Source: Octopus vulgaris
Taxonomy: Eukaryota
Direction of reading: 5' to 3'
Assembly: GCA_951406725.2 (NCBI GenBank)
Contig: OX597827.1
Location: 28,458,001-28,522,000, forward strand
DNA length: 64,000 nt
The position numbers were made by a program, and so were the translations under genes. Each line of letters starts with the position of its first letter. The stretch's first letter is position 1. Below the pieces are notes generated by a model. That model did not search any database and was not told where the DNA came from. It saw only the letters and a program-made list of their open reading frames with translations. Below, piece after piece: positions 26,777-38,791 of this stretch.

Positions 26777-27326
26777 AATGCCCTGATGCAGTACCAGGCA
26801 GTGGCTCTCATGGCTTCTGATCTTAACTGATTGGAAGTGTTATCATGTACATTGTTTTGTCTTGGTATAAAAGATGGGCTACAACAAATATTCTGCTCAA
26901 TACCACAGATTTGCTTGTCAGTTGTTTGACCATAACCAGTTGAGCATGTCCCTTAGTGGCTGGCAATACGTGCATCTCTGATCACGAGCAGAAGTAGTGG
27001 GGGAGCATCATAGCCGTGTGTTGAGAGGGATTCTTTGTAGTTTGAATAATTCACCTCTGGAAACATGGGTGTTTCGTTCAACATCTTAAAGCAACCCTTA
27101 TTCAGGGACCTTTTGAGCAGGATGGGCTACTTGACCGGAAGAAAATTCTAACTGGGCCCCACCTGGAAGGTCATGTGCTATTTATCTTGATACGAGATCA
27201 CCATGTCACGCACATATGGTTGTGATGCATGTGCCTGGTGTACCCTTATCAGACGGGTAGTCATGATGGGTGTGCTGACACTTTTACCCCAGTGTCACTT
27301 TGATGGCATGCACTGCTCTCTCACTC
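26777..27326 (+). mobile_element. Copy 3 (longest) of the non-coding TAA-tailed element
   Basis: Starts aatgccctgatgcagtacc, ends ctctcactc-(AAT)n. Confidence 0.82.
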
Positions 27327-27366
27327 AATAATAATAATAATAATTATGATGATGATGATGATGATG

Positions 27367-27418
<52 letters not shown>

Positions 27419-27478
27419 GAAGGAAAGGGAAGGAATAATAATAATAAGAAGGAAAGGGGAAGAAGGAAAGAAAAAAAA

Positions 27479-27857
27479 TGCTTTCTAATTGATGTATCAG
27501 TACCGGCAGATGACAACGTGTCTCTAAAAGAAATGGAGAAACTCTCAAAATACAAAGACCTGGAAATAGAGGTAACTAGAATGTGGAATCTGAAAACAGA
27601 AACAATTCCTATCATAGTAGGTGCATTAGGCATGATAAAAAAATATTCAGACAAATACATAACAAAAACACCAGGACTTACAAACACATATAACATACAG
27701 AAAATTGCACTACTGGGCACTGCACACATCCTACGCAGAACACTTTCCATACAATAACCATCAGAGCATCACAACAAATCACAGCACATACCCAAGGCAC
27801 ACAGAGCTGTGCTCGGTAGTGAAGTGAAAGCACGCTATAAAAATAAAAATAAAACTA

Positions 27858-27860
<3 letters not shown>
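27479..27860 (+). mobile_element. R4/Dong-like 3' fragment, subfamily E
   Basis: EKLSKYKDLEIEVTRMWNLKTETIPIIVGALG..IQKIALLGTAHILRRTL; (TAA)n tail. Confidence 0.85.
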
Positions 27861-27943
<83 letters not shown>

Positions 27944-28840
27944 TAATAATGATAATGTAGTATTTTGTTTTGGTCGAGTCAGTTCCTGGTTATTCTGAAT
28001 TTTACAAATGGTGGTACATAAAGGATTTTCAAACAGGTTGCTTAAAGAAACTGTTCACTCTCAGATAAAAGTCAGAATGGTAAGAAACTGATTCGCCTAA
28101 AGTATATGTGTGTGCCTGTGTGTGTGGTTCTGTTTGTGTGTATTCATGCATATAGATCCAAATGTGTATCACATCAAAACCGATAGAAAACAAAATGCGA
28201 GATGTACGCTATTCTACGTTTCGGTTATATTTTTAGCGATTCTACTATCATGTATACATTCACAATTATAAAATTGTTTAGAGGTTTATTTCTAATTAAA
28301 CACACGCGAGGTTTACTTTCAAAACAAAAATAACAACAACAACAACTGCAACTATAGCAACAACGGCAACGACATAAACAGCAACAAGAAGAAAATGGAA
28401 TATATAAAACACGGCGAGGAATATCGGAATGATTTCTTTACATTTAAAGATTTAAACACTAATTAATATCACTTCCGGTACACATGGAGGAAATTAATCA
28501 CAAGTTAAAAGAAATAGAGTGGAGGGTGTGTAGAGGAGGTCAAAGGGGATGGAGAGATGGCATGAAATTCGATGAAATGGAATTACAAAGAAAATTGGAT
28601 CAATTAACACGGAAATATAGACAGATGAAGCATTAAGTAAACTTGCATAATTCAATTTGTATATAAAACTAAGGAGTATGGATATATGTAAGTGTATATA
28701 TATATACGTACGTATGTATGTATGCATGGATATATGTATGTATACATATATATATATGTATATGTATATACATATATATGTATGTATGTATGTGCAGGGT
28801 GTGTAAGTTGCACACGTACATATATATGCATATATATATA

Positions 28841-28879
<39 letters not shown>

Positions 28880-28959
28880 GCATTTATATATATATATATA
28901 CATGTATATATATAAATATATATATACATGTATATATATATACATGTATATATATATGC

Positions 28960-29014
<55 letters not shown>

Positions 29015-29075
29015 CTCTATTTAAATAAAATCGAGGTCTCATTCATACATTTCTTGTCATATATATATACATACA

Positions 29076-29147
<72 letters not shown>

Positions 29148-29320
29148 TACACATAAATAAATAACATGAAATACACGAAGGGACGAGCATATATATATAT
29201 AATTATATGTATAAAAGATTTTCCTGCATATATGTCTGTATATGGCTATTATGAACATCAATGTTTCTGTATATAAAGATAGCTAATTTCATATATGCAT
29301 GTAAATTTGTGTCTATGATT

Positions 29321-29396
<76 letters not shown>

Positions 29397-29558
29397 GTTT
29401 ATACAAAAACAAAAACACACATAGGCACACATATATACACACATACATAAACAACACAAGTACATATATAAATATCTATCTCCCTATAACATATATGTGT
29501 ATGTATATATGTATGTATACGTATAAAAATATATATGTGTGTGTATGTGTATATTATG

Positions 29559-29609
<51 letters not shown>

Positions 29610-29626
29610 ACATATATATAGATACA

Positions 29627-29658
<32 letters not shown>

Positions 29659-30677
29659 CTGAGAGAGAGAGGGAGAATGTGAGAGAGAGTCATCAGGCAT
29701 ATATACGTACTGAACATATGCTCTCATTTACATTCCTCCCATACATATGTGTATGTGTACCTTTATGTGCTTCGTTCTTAGTGTCATTGTTGTCTCTCTG
29801 TATGTTTGTATACTATTATATATACATGTATGTATGTATGTATGTATGTATGTATGTATGTATGTATGTATGTATGTATGTATGTATGCATGTATGTATG
29901 TATTTATGTATGTATGTATGAGTCTGTGCACGTGTTTCTATGAAAGCGCGCATGTGTTGTTTTCTGGCTGACTTTCGAAACACCCGTAATTCTAGTAATT
30001 AAGAAGTCGGGAGAAATAAAAGAGAAAACTATATGATGCGTGATCTTAATTAGCAAGTTGTCAGCGCATATGCATATTAGAGACACCAGATCGGTTCAAT
30101 TAGTTCACAAATAAATAGAAAGACGCTGCGCAAATTATATAATCTTGTATATTTATATAGTAGTAAATTGGTGCGCGAACAGAGGTAGATACGATGTTAA
30201 AATATAATTACTTGAAGATTGGTTAAAATGAAAAAATATATATGTTGTGTATTCTAATAGTATTGCTGTGCTTAGGCGTGTGTGCGTGTGTGATTTTGCA
30301 CGCATGTCGATGGATTCGAACCTCAGCCGGTTCAGTCCCAACTCGTGGCACCTTGGCCATGTCTGTGTCATTTTCTATAACGTCCGGCCGACCAAAGCGT
30401 TGCAAGTGGATTTGATATCACGGAAATTCTAATATGCGTGTGTGCGTTTCTGTTTGCGAATGTGTGTGTGTATGTGTGTGTCAGTGTTTGTTCCCTGCCA
30501 CCACTTCAAAACTGGTGTTGATTCACTTACATCCCAATAACGTAGCAGTTCGGCAAAAAATAAAACAGCGGAGTCCCATGGAATAATTTACTAGACTAGG
30601 ATTGATTCATTTGACAGAGAATTCTTGAAGGCGGTCCTCTAGTATTGGCACGATCTAATGACTGAAAGATATAAACT

Positions 30678-31340
30678 GGCTATGCTGATAACATAGAATT
30701 AGTACAAGCAGTCACGGAACCTTCTGATGCTAATCTTTTTCAGAAAGACCTAGATGACATATATAAATGGGCTGAAGAAAACAACATGATATTTAACGCA
30801 GGCAAATTCTAATCCCTCCGCTATCAGTCAATTGGCGAACAGAAGCCGCAACAACGGCTCCTTGCACCAAAAAGTTGGAGAAGAAAGGAGAGAAAGAGAA
30901 ACTTACTTAAAAAGCTTTTTTAAGAACGTTTTTCCAGGATCAGAAACAGTGTGTGGTCTCAGGATGATATGGGTAAACAATACCTCGTTTCATATGCTTA
31001 TCACCAAGATGGTAGCAGTGTGCAAGCAAATGACCTGATGGATTCTGAGAACCTTCAGAAAAAGGGGCCAGGTAACTATGCTGGTTCTATGGAGGACATT
31101 TGTCTTCATCCGTCAGGACTGCGGCTCTAATCTGATCCTACAGTGTCAGACTAATAGGGGAACTTGAGACAGTAGATCAATGTTACCCCAAGATGACTGC
31201 GTCAATGGAACAGCTGAGCTACTGGGAGAGATTGAGAGAGCTAAGACGGGAGAGGTATGCAGTGATCTATGTATGGAGAGGCTGGCACCAAAACTTTGGA
31301 ATCGAGAGTTATACAAGACCCCGAACTGGACGTCACTGGA
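30678..31340 (+). mobile_element. Degraded CR1/L2-group LINE RT 3' fragment
   Basis: YADN..DANLFQKDLDDIYKWAEENNMIFNAGKF and LSYWERLREL..RRERYAVIYVW. Confidence 0.75.
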
Positions 31341-31561
31341 CGTTACTTGGTTACACCATCGGTTTTGGTACCCCGAAAAAACACCCGGCACACAGTGAAA
31401 ATACGTTGGTGTTCGGAAGAAGTCCCAGAGCTTGGCCCATTCCTCGAGTTTGCCAGTTCTTATGAAACCGGCTAAACCATACGAGCGTAGAAATCAGACG
31501 TTAAGTGACGGTGATGATGATGATGATGATGATTGTGATGATATATATATTTACATAAACT

Positions 31562-31615
<54 letters not shown>

Positions 31616-31711
31616 TGTATGCATCTATATAATATATACATGTTTGTATATGTAGCTATACACATACAAACATATATATACGCTTATATATACGTGTGCA
31701 TATAAACATAA

Positions 31712-31867
31712 AAAGAATACATTATTTACATCATTTACATTTGACGGATATTTGTCCTCATCTTGTTTGCTATTAACATAATGTTTCAGCTGATATACCT
31801 TCCAAACTTCTTCAGGTGTCTTGGGGAAATTTCGGACCTGGGTTCCCAAACCAAAGGTATTTTCCGA

Positions 31868-31872
<5 letters not shown>
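31712..31872 (-). mobile_element. Short hammerhead-bearing element adjoining a (TAA)n tract, homolog of 42165-42340
   Basis: Reverse complement ccccaagacac-CTGAAGA-agtttg..cagct-GAAA-ca-TT (degenerate), then caaacaagatgaggacaaatatccgtcaaatgtaaat. Confidence 0.65.
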
Positions 31873-31922
<50 letters not shown>

Positions 31923-31970
31923 ATTCTTTTTCTTCTTATTATTTTTATTATTATTATTATTATTATTATT

Positions 31971-34900
31971 GTTCTATGTTTGACTTTTGCTTTATCTTTG
32001 TACAAGTTGGCTCCAAGTCTCACCCAGAGACCTCAAGTGACAACAGGTTGGAAGTTCGCGTTGTTGTTATGCCCAGTGTGCCATATATTTCGGGTCTTTT
32101 TTCGGTGTTGTACTAGTGAATGTCTAATAAATAACTTTTTTTTAAAAGTTTGATTTAAACCTTGAGATTACATATAGAGTATTTTGCGTAGGATATGAGC
32201 AGTTCCCATGAGCACTATCTTTTGAATTTCTGCCATTTTGGGGTTTCCTGGTATCTGAGTTAGGTAGCAATCAGCCCCTTTCGCTATCATTCCCAGGGCA
32301 CCTATGACAGCAGGTATTGTTTTAGTCTTCAGGTTCCACATTTTGCTGATTTCTATTTCCAGATCTTTATATTTGCCCAGTTTCTGGTAGGTCTTGACAG
32401 ATACGTTTATATCGATTGGGACAGTCATATCAATGAGGAGGCATGTTCTTTTAATATGATGTCTGGCCTGTTTGCATCTATCTTTCTGTCAGTTTGAATG
32501 GTGAAGTTCCAGAGGAGTGAGATGTGGTCATTTTCAAGCACTGGAGGTGGATTGTGTTGCCACCAGATTTTTTTCATGGGGCAAATCCAGGTTTTTGCAA
32601 ATTATCCAGTGAATATATTGTGCAGCTCTATCATGCCTGTTCAGATACTCCACAGGCGCAAGAAGACTGCACTTGGAGACAACATGATCAATGGTTTCTT
32701 TCATTTTGTTGTCGATATACACGACATGTTGGGCTACTGCCGTTCTTTAATACGTTGGCCTGGTAGTTTCTTGTTGGTAGGCATTGATCTTGAGCTGCTA
32801 TGATAGACCCTTCTGTTTCAGATTTTAAGCCAGAGGCCATTAGTCATTGATGGGTTAGGGCTTTGTCAATATCCGCATTATTCGCTCTGTTTGGGTATTT
32901 GCCATAGAGAGGTTTTTCTTGCCATTTATTATTAGAGAATATCTAAGGCCGCATTTTTGGCACGAGTTTTCATGCGCTTAGCTTTTTCTGTGCTTGTTTC
33001 TTTTATGACAATCTCTAATTCCGAAATTTGTTGTATTCGGAATTCACTAAGATGTTCCTTTGCCTGTTTTGTTACTGAGAATGATGCTTTCTTGTTTTCA
33101 TGTTTTGAGACAAGTTTTAACATCCAGTCCTCAGACTTTTTCAGGTAGGTGTCTAGGCCAATTGTAGCAATCTTCATTGGTATTGCCAGTTGTAAAAGTC
33201 CACGACCTCCATCTTTTCTTGGCAGATAAAGTCGTTCTGTATCTGCCTTAGGGTGGTGCATTCTATGCATTGTCAACAGTTTTCGTATTTTTCTGTCAAG
33301 CTGACATATTTCAGTAATTGACCAGTTAACGATATTGAAACTGTAAGTCACGACTGGTATTGCTAATGCATTGATCGCTTCGATCCTGTTTCTCGCATTC
33401 AGCTCTGTCTTGAGTATTGCTCTCACTCTTCAATAACATTCTCTCCTGATCCTTTCCTTCATCCTTTAAATCATCCATGTAAATGAGATGATTTATATTT
33501 TTATCAAACATTTTATACCCGTACAGCGCGTCATTGAGCAGTATTAAGGCTAAACAAAAGATGAGTGGTGACAGTGAGTCACACTGGAAAATGCCACATG
33601 AAAATTTTAAATCACCAGCATTTAGGGTTTCAGTGTCACTGTTCAAAGTTAGTGTGGTTCTCAATGATCTCATACTTACAGTCAAAATATTTCGCAGAGT
33701 AGGTGCTATCTAATACATTTCCAGGCATTTCTTAATCCAGCTATGTGGTAGGCTATCAAAAGCCTTTTTATAGTCTATCCAGGCTATTGATAAGTTTTTG
33801 TGTCGTTTGTGACAATCTTCTAAGATCATCTTATTGATGAGTAGTTGATCTTTACAACCGTATGATCCACGTTTACATCTTTTCTGTTCATTAGGGAACA
33901 TGCTGCTGTCTGTTAAAAATCTAAAAGTATATTCCGTCAGGACAGATGTTAGCGTTTTATACATTGTTGTTAAGCAGGTTATGGGTCTATAGTTTTTGGG
34001 TTCATTTGTTTCTTCACTTTTTAGAAGCAGGAATGTTAACCCATTAACTGGCCAAGAAGGCACCCTACTAGGGTGTTGCAAAACATCATTGTACAGTTCT
34101 GTTAGCAGTTCATGGCTCTCTGAGAAGGCATTCAGCCAGAAGTTAGGAATTTTATCCTTTCCTGGAGACTTCCATTTGCTTCACCTCCTGAGAGCAGATC
34201 TTATATCTTCTACCTTGACACCCTCCCACTTTTGCTCTTCTAAGGAGTCCAGTTCTGTAGATATTCTATCAATCCAGGGTTCCTTTTCGTTGTGTTTTTT
34301 CTTCTGCTCAAATTTTATTCCAAAATCCCTGCACTTCTTCTTTTGATGGTACAGACCTTACAGTAACTGCTGTTTTTCCTATCTTCCTGTAAAAATTTTT
34401 GGGGTTATTTTTGAACATGTTGTTGTCCTTGAAAAATCTAACACGCTTTTCATACCTCGCCATGCGAGCAGATTTGGCAGATACCTTTTGTTTGATGGTT
34501 TCTATCGTGACATCAATATCAAGTATAGTTTTCATATTATATTTTTTCATTAATTTTGGGGTTTTTGTAGGTTTGGTAGTCTTGTGAACCTTAAGGTTTT
34601 TCAAATAATCAATGTCAGATCTAAATAGTTTAATTTGTTGTTGCAAACGCTCTTGCCAAGAAGGCTTTTTGTGGGAATGTTGCCGTTTTCTAATCTTTAC
34701 ACCACATAGGATCGTTGAGATTTTCGCGGATGCATAGTATACGTGGTTGAGATTTGTGATATCAACATCATTAGCTGAAATTATATCCTTAAGTGCAAGC
34801 CAGACTTTACCAATTATTTTCATGTTTTGTTTAGAGTTGCGGATTTTAGGGAGTGCATCGCGTTCATCCATGCTGGTTTCTTTAATCTTCAGCCATTCAA

Positions 34901-35899
34901 TCATGATTTGATTTTTTTAGCTCATGTAGTTCTGTTGTATCCATATTTGTGTGACTTTCTTTATCTATTTGATGTTCATCTGTCTTAGTGTTTATGATTG
35001 GTTCAGGGAGCATTTCACTTTGCCTATCACTTATACTAACTCGTTCAATCCTTACTTCGTTTATATCAGCGCTGGGCTGGTCTATAATTATTTCCTCTGT
35101 ATTATCTTCTCTAGCTGCAGCTTCGTTCATTTTATCCGTTACTGCCCGTCTAACTTGATCAATCTCTACTTCAGTCAGTAATTTTTTTTTATAATGTTTC
35201 TTCTGACGTTGGCAAGTTTGTTACTGTCTATGTAGGGTCTTGCTTCAGGGTGTTTCTGTCTCCAGTTTAAGTATATTTGTGCAGTGTTAGATTTATCTGT
35301 GGGGAAATATATGACATGGTAGAAGGCCGCAAGAACTTCTTTATTATCTTCCCTAGACCAATTTTCGTTCTTTTTTTTTTTTAATTTGGTGACGAGCATG
35401 GATGGCCATCTGTTGGAATATTCCGGTTGTGGGGTACGTCCAGCTCCTGTGTATTGGGAAGATTTGATCCAGTAGCTGATTTTTCAATCAGAATTTGGTT
35501 CAATTTTAGGGTACGTGGTCTTTTGTAATCCGCGCGGTGACCATTGCGGTTTGTAGTTTGTTTGTTGACATTGACGCATGACGAGATTCCACTCTTACAT
35601 TAGGAGATGGATCTGTCAGTTTAGGGTTCTCTACACGTAAGCATTGCTCGTAGCGCAGCTTCTTAAGGTAGCAGATCTGTATTCGTCTGTATTTTTTTTG
35701 TTGATAGTTTTATCTCTGAACATATTTTTTCCCCTTTTCTTTTCCTTCTCTTCCTTTTTTCCTCTCTCTTTTTTCTTTCTCCTTCTTCCCCTTTTTCCTT
35801 CCTTCTTTTCCCTTCCTCTTTTAAACTTATAAAAGGCTCACTCTGCCTGTATTAGTTCGAAAAAATGAGAATAAAATACGGGAAAAAAGGGGTCTGTCA

Positions 35900-35900
<1 letters not shown>
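31971..35900 (-). mobile_element. Probably full-length but decayed R4/Dong-clade LINE, subfamily A (~3.9 kb)
   Basis: Serial minus-strand ORF fragments from the N-terminus (WSREDNKEVLAAFYH) through RT (NYRPITCL, HLIYMDDLK) to RLE; same C-terminus as 22005-23000; (TTA)n at both ends. Confidence 0.9.
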
Positions 35901-35959
<59 letters not shown>

Positions 35960-38044
35960 GTCATTTACTTTTAATCTGCATGTTTGATGCAATCACTTGC
36001 CGGGACACACCCAGCGCCCTAGGGCAAGTGAATGTTAAGAGTTGTTGAAATATAGCTGAAAGCTTGGGGAGGGGAAGTAGAGAAATATCTCCATGTAATA
36101 CAAACACAAACATTTACATTGATAGGGTTTTTCTAAGGATGTGGGCAGTACTTGTTAGCACAATCTTTTGGATTTCCTTGAGACATGGTTCTCCAGGGAT
36201 ATTGTCTAGGTGTTTCTGACATCCCTTTTTTATCATACCTAGGGTACCTACGATAACAGGAACAGTTTTTTTTTAAAGATTCCACATCTTTTGTATTTCG
36301 ATTTCCAGGTCCTTATATTTACTAAGTTTGTCAAATTCCTTTACAGATACATTTTTATCAGTGGGGACGCTTACCTCTATTAGTCTGCAGGTATTTTCTT
36401 CCCTGTCTTTAACAATTAAGTCTGGTCGATTAGCCTTGATCGTTCTGTCAGTGTTGACTGGAAAATCCCAGAGGATGGTGACATCCTTACCTTCAACAAC
36501 TGGCTGAGGATGGTGTTCATACCAGTTAGCAGGAGTGTCGAATTTGTAGTATTTACATATCTTCCAATGTATATACTGTCCTACCCTATCGTGGCGATTT
36601 TTGTATTCGTTTGGTGTCAGCACAGGACATCCCGAAACGAGATGGTCTATCGTTTCGTCAAATGTGTCGCAGAATATGCATTTAGGGTCAGTACCGTTTC
36701 GGAGAACGTTAGCCTGGTAATTTCTGGTAAACAAGCTTTGATCTTGTGCTGCCATTATGAAGCCTTCAGTCTCTGCTTTCAATCCAGAACTCTTCAGCCA
36801 CTGATGGGTTGTTGCTTGGTCTACATCAGCATTTTGGCATCGGAGAATATATTGTCCATGCAGGGTCTTCTGGCTCCACCGCCTCTCAATTTGATTCTGC
36901 CCGTTCTTTTTTGCAGTCTGCTTGATTCGCTTTGCTTGCTTGGTAGCAGTGGTTTCCGGCTCTTCATCTGATTCAAGGTTAATGTCTAGTTCTCTTTCGA
37001 ACTTATAGGCTTCCTTGACAATAGAATGCAGCTTTTTGCTGCTTTCGTGTTCGCACACAAGTCGCAGCATCCAGTCCTTTGTACTAGATAGGTACCTGTT
37101 CATTCCAACAGTAGAGGTCTTATAGCACAGCTCTAATTGCATCATTCCTCTCCCCCCGCTGCTTCTAGGTAGGTACAGGCGGTCTACATCTGCCTTAGGG
37201 TGGTGCATGGATGTCAGTAATTTTCTTGTCTTCCTGTCCAAGCGTTGGAGTTCCGTAAGGTTCCAGTTAATAAAACTGTACTGGACTACTGGAAGGGCCA
37301 GGGTGTTAATGGCCTCAATGCAATTTTTGGAGTTGAGTTCAGTCTTCAGTACAAACCTTATTCTCTTATAGTATTCCTTTCTTATTTTTTCCTTCATAGT
37401 AGCATGATGTATACCATCTCCTTCGTTGATTCCTAGGTATTTGTAACTTTCTTGTGGGTCAAGTTCCTTGATGGTAGTGTCAATATCTAATTTAACAGAA
37501 GCTGTTTGCCTGAGCTTGCCTCTTACAAAAGTTGCTTTAGCACACTTATCAAGGCCAAAATCCATTCCGATATCATTGCTAAACTCTTTAACAGTTGTTA
37601 GCAGCCCTTCTAGCTCTTGGTCATTCCTGGCAAACAGCTTTATGTCGTCCATATAGAAAAGGTGGTTTATTAACTTACTAAAAACTTTGTACCCATATCT
37701 GGTACTATCCAATTCGTTTGAGAGTGGGATCAGTGCCATGCAAAAAAGTAATGGAGAGAGGGACTCACCTTGAAAGATGCCTCGTTTGATGTTAATGCTG
37801 TTGGACTGGCTCATCCCATTACTATGGCTTAGAAAGAGACGTGTGTCCCATATGGTCATGCTATTCTCTAAGAATTTTGAGACGACAGGAGAGATCTTGT
37901 ATATCTCAAGGGCCTTGAGTATCCATTTATGTGGGACACTGTCATACGCTTTCCTGTAGTCTATCCATGCCATACTCAGGTTTTTGTTTTTGCTCCGGCA
38001 ATTCTCTACAATCATTCTGTTTATGAGCAATTGGTCTTTGCACC
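35960..38044 (-). mobile_element. 5'-truncated R4/Dong-clade LINE, subfamily D copy 2
   Basis: Near-identical reverse complement of 24632-26727. Confidence 0.95.
36273..38030 (-). CDS. Retrotransposon RT-CCHC-RLE polyprotein fragment (585 aa, no true N-terminus)
   Basis: Uninterrupted ORF with HLFYMDDIKLF, CIFC..HLVSGC, RHD and RPDL motifs. Confidence 0.8.
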   Translation of the reverse strand: MLINRMIVENCRSKNKNLSMAWIDYRKAYDSVPHKWILKALEIYKISPVVSKFLENSMTIWDTRLFLSHSNGMSQSNSINIKRGIFQGESLSPLLFCMALIPLSNELDSTRYGYKVFSKLINHLFYMDDIKLFARNDQELEGLLTTVKEFSNDIGMDFGLDKCAKATFVRGKLRQTASVKLDIDTTIKELDPQESYKYLGINEGDGIHHATMKEKIRKEYYKRIRFVLKTELNSKNCIEAINTLALPVVQYSFINWNLTELQRLDRKTRKLLTSMHHPKADVDRLYLPRSSGGRGMMQLELCYKTSTVGMNRYLSSTKDWMLRLVCEHESSKKLHSIVKEAYKFERELDINLESDEEPETTATKQAKRIKQTAKKNGQNQIERRWSQKTLHGQYILRCQNADVDQATTHQWLKSSGLKAETEGFIMAAQDQSLFTRNYQANVLRNGTDPKCIFCDTFDETIDHLVSGCPVLTPNEYKNRHDRVGQYIHWKICKYYKFDTPANWYEHHPQPVVEGKDVTILWDFPVNTDRTIKANRPDLIVKDREENTCRLIEVSVPTDKNVSVKEFDKLSKYKDLEIEIQKMWNL

Positions 38045-38186
38045 AATGCCTTGTGAGTGGATTTGGTAGACGGAAACTGAAAGAAGCCTATCGTATATAT
38101 GTATGTGTGTGTGTGTGTTTGTGTGCCTGTGTTTGTCCCCCTAGCATTGCTTGACAACCGATGCTGGTGTGTTTACGTCCCCGTCA
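38042..38186 (+). mobile_element. Internal SINE fragment fused to the 5' truncation of Dong copy D2
   Basis: Near-exact reverse complement of 43950-44102. Confidence 0.85.
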
Positions 38187-38520
38187 TATTGCTTTATGTG
38201 TAGTCACAGCAGTATCTTATTACTGTTATTTTTGTTTTTGTCATTATCACCATCACCACCACTAAGCTGTAGATATTTTGAGGGAAATTCAAATTACTCA
38301 CAGAAAACCGTAGATCTTCCAGTTTTTTACAGTTGTTTTTTTTCAGTTGTCCTGCTGGGTTTGCTACTGCCAGTTCAGAGCATCGAAAAAGTACGTCCAG
38401 CCTCTGTCACCTCCAGCCGCCTTCTTCTTCTTCTTCTTCTTCTTCTTCTTCTTCTTCTTCTTCTTCTTCTTCTTCTTCTTCTTCTTCTTCTTCTTCTTCT
38501 TCTTCTTCTTCTTCTTCTGC

Positions 38521-38577
<57 letters not shown>

Positions 38578-38582
<5 letters not shown>

Positions 38583-38715
38583 CTAACTGCCTGGAAACGA
38601 ACTCGGATTCATCGGATTAGTAACCCATGCTCTTAACCACTACGCCATATGCCTGTGGCCTAGTGCGGGGTACTAACCCCAACATTCCGAGTTCGTTTCC
38701 AGGCAGTTACCTAAA

Positions 38716-38716
<1 letters not shown>
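38578..38716. mobile_element. Head-to-head pair of very short tRNA-like SINEs
   Basis: 24-bp perfect inverted repeat 38584-38607 / 38686-38709; each half has an A-box-like (tggcgtagtgg / tggcctagtg) and B-box-like (gagttcgtttcc) motif plus a trinucleotide tail. Confidence 0.7.
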
Positions 38717-38768
<52 letters not shown>

Positions 38769-38791
38769 ATAATAATAATAATAATAATAAT

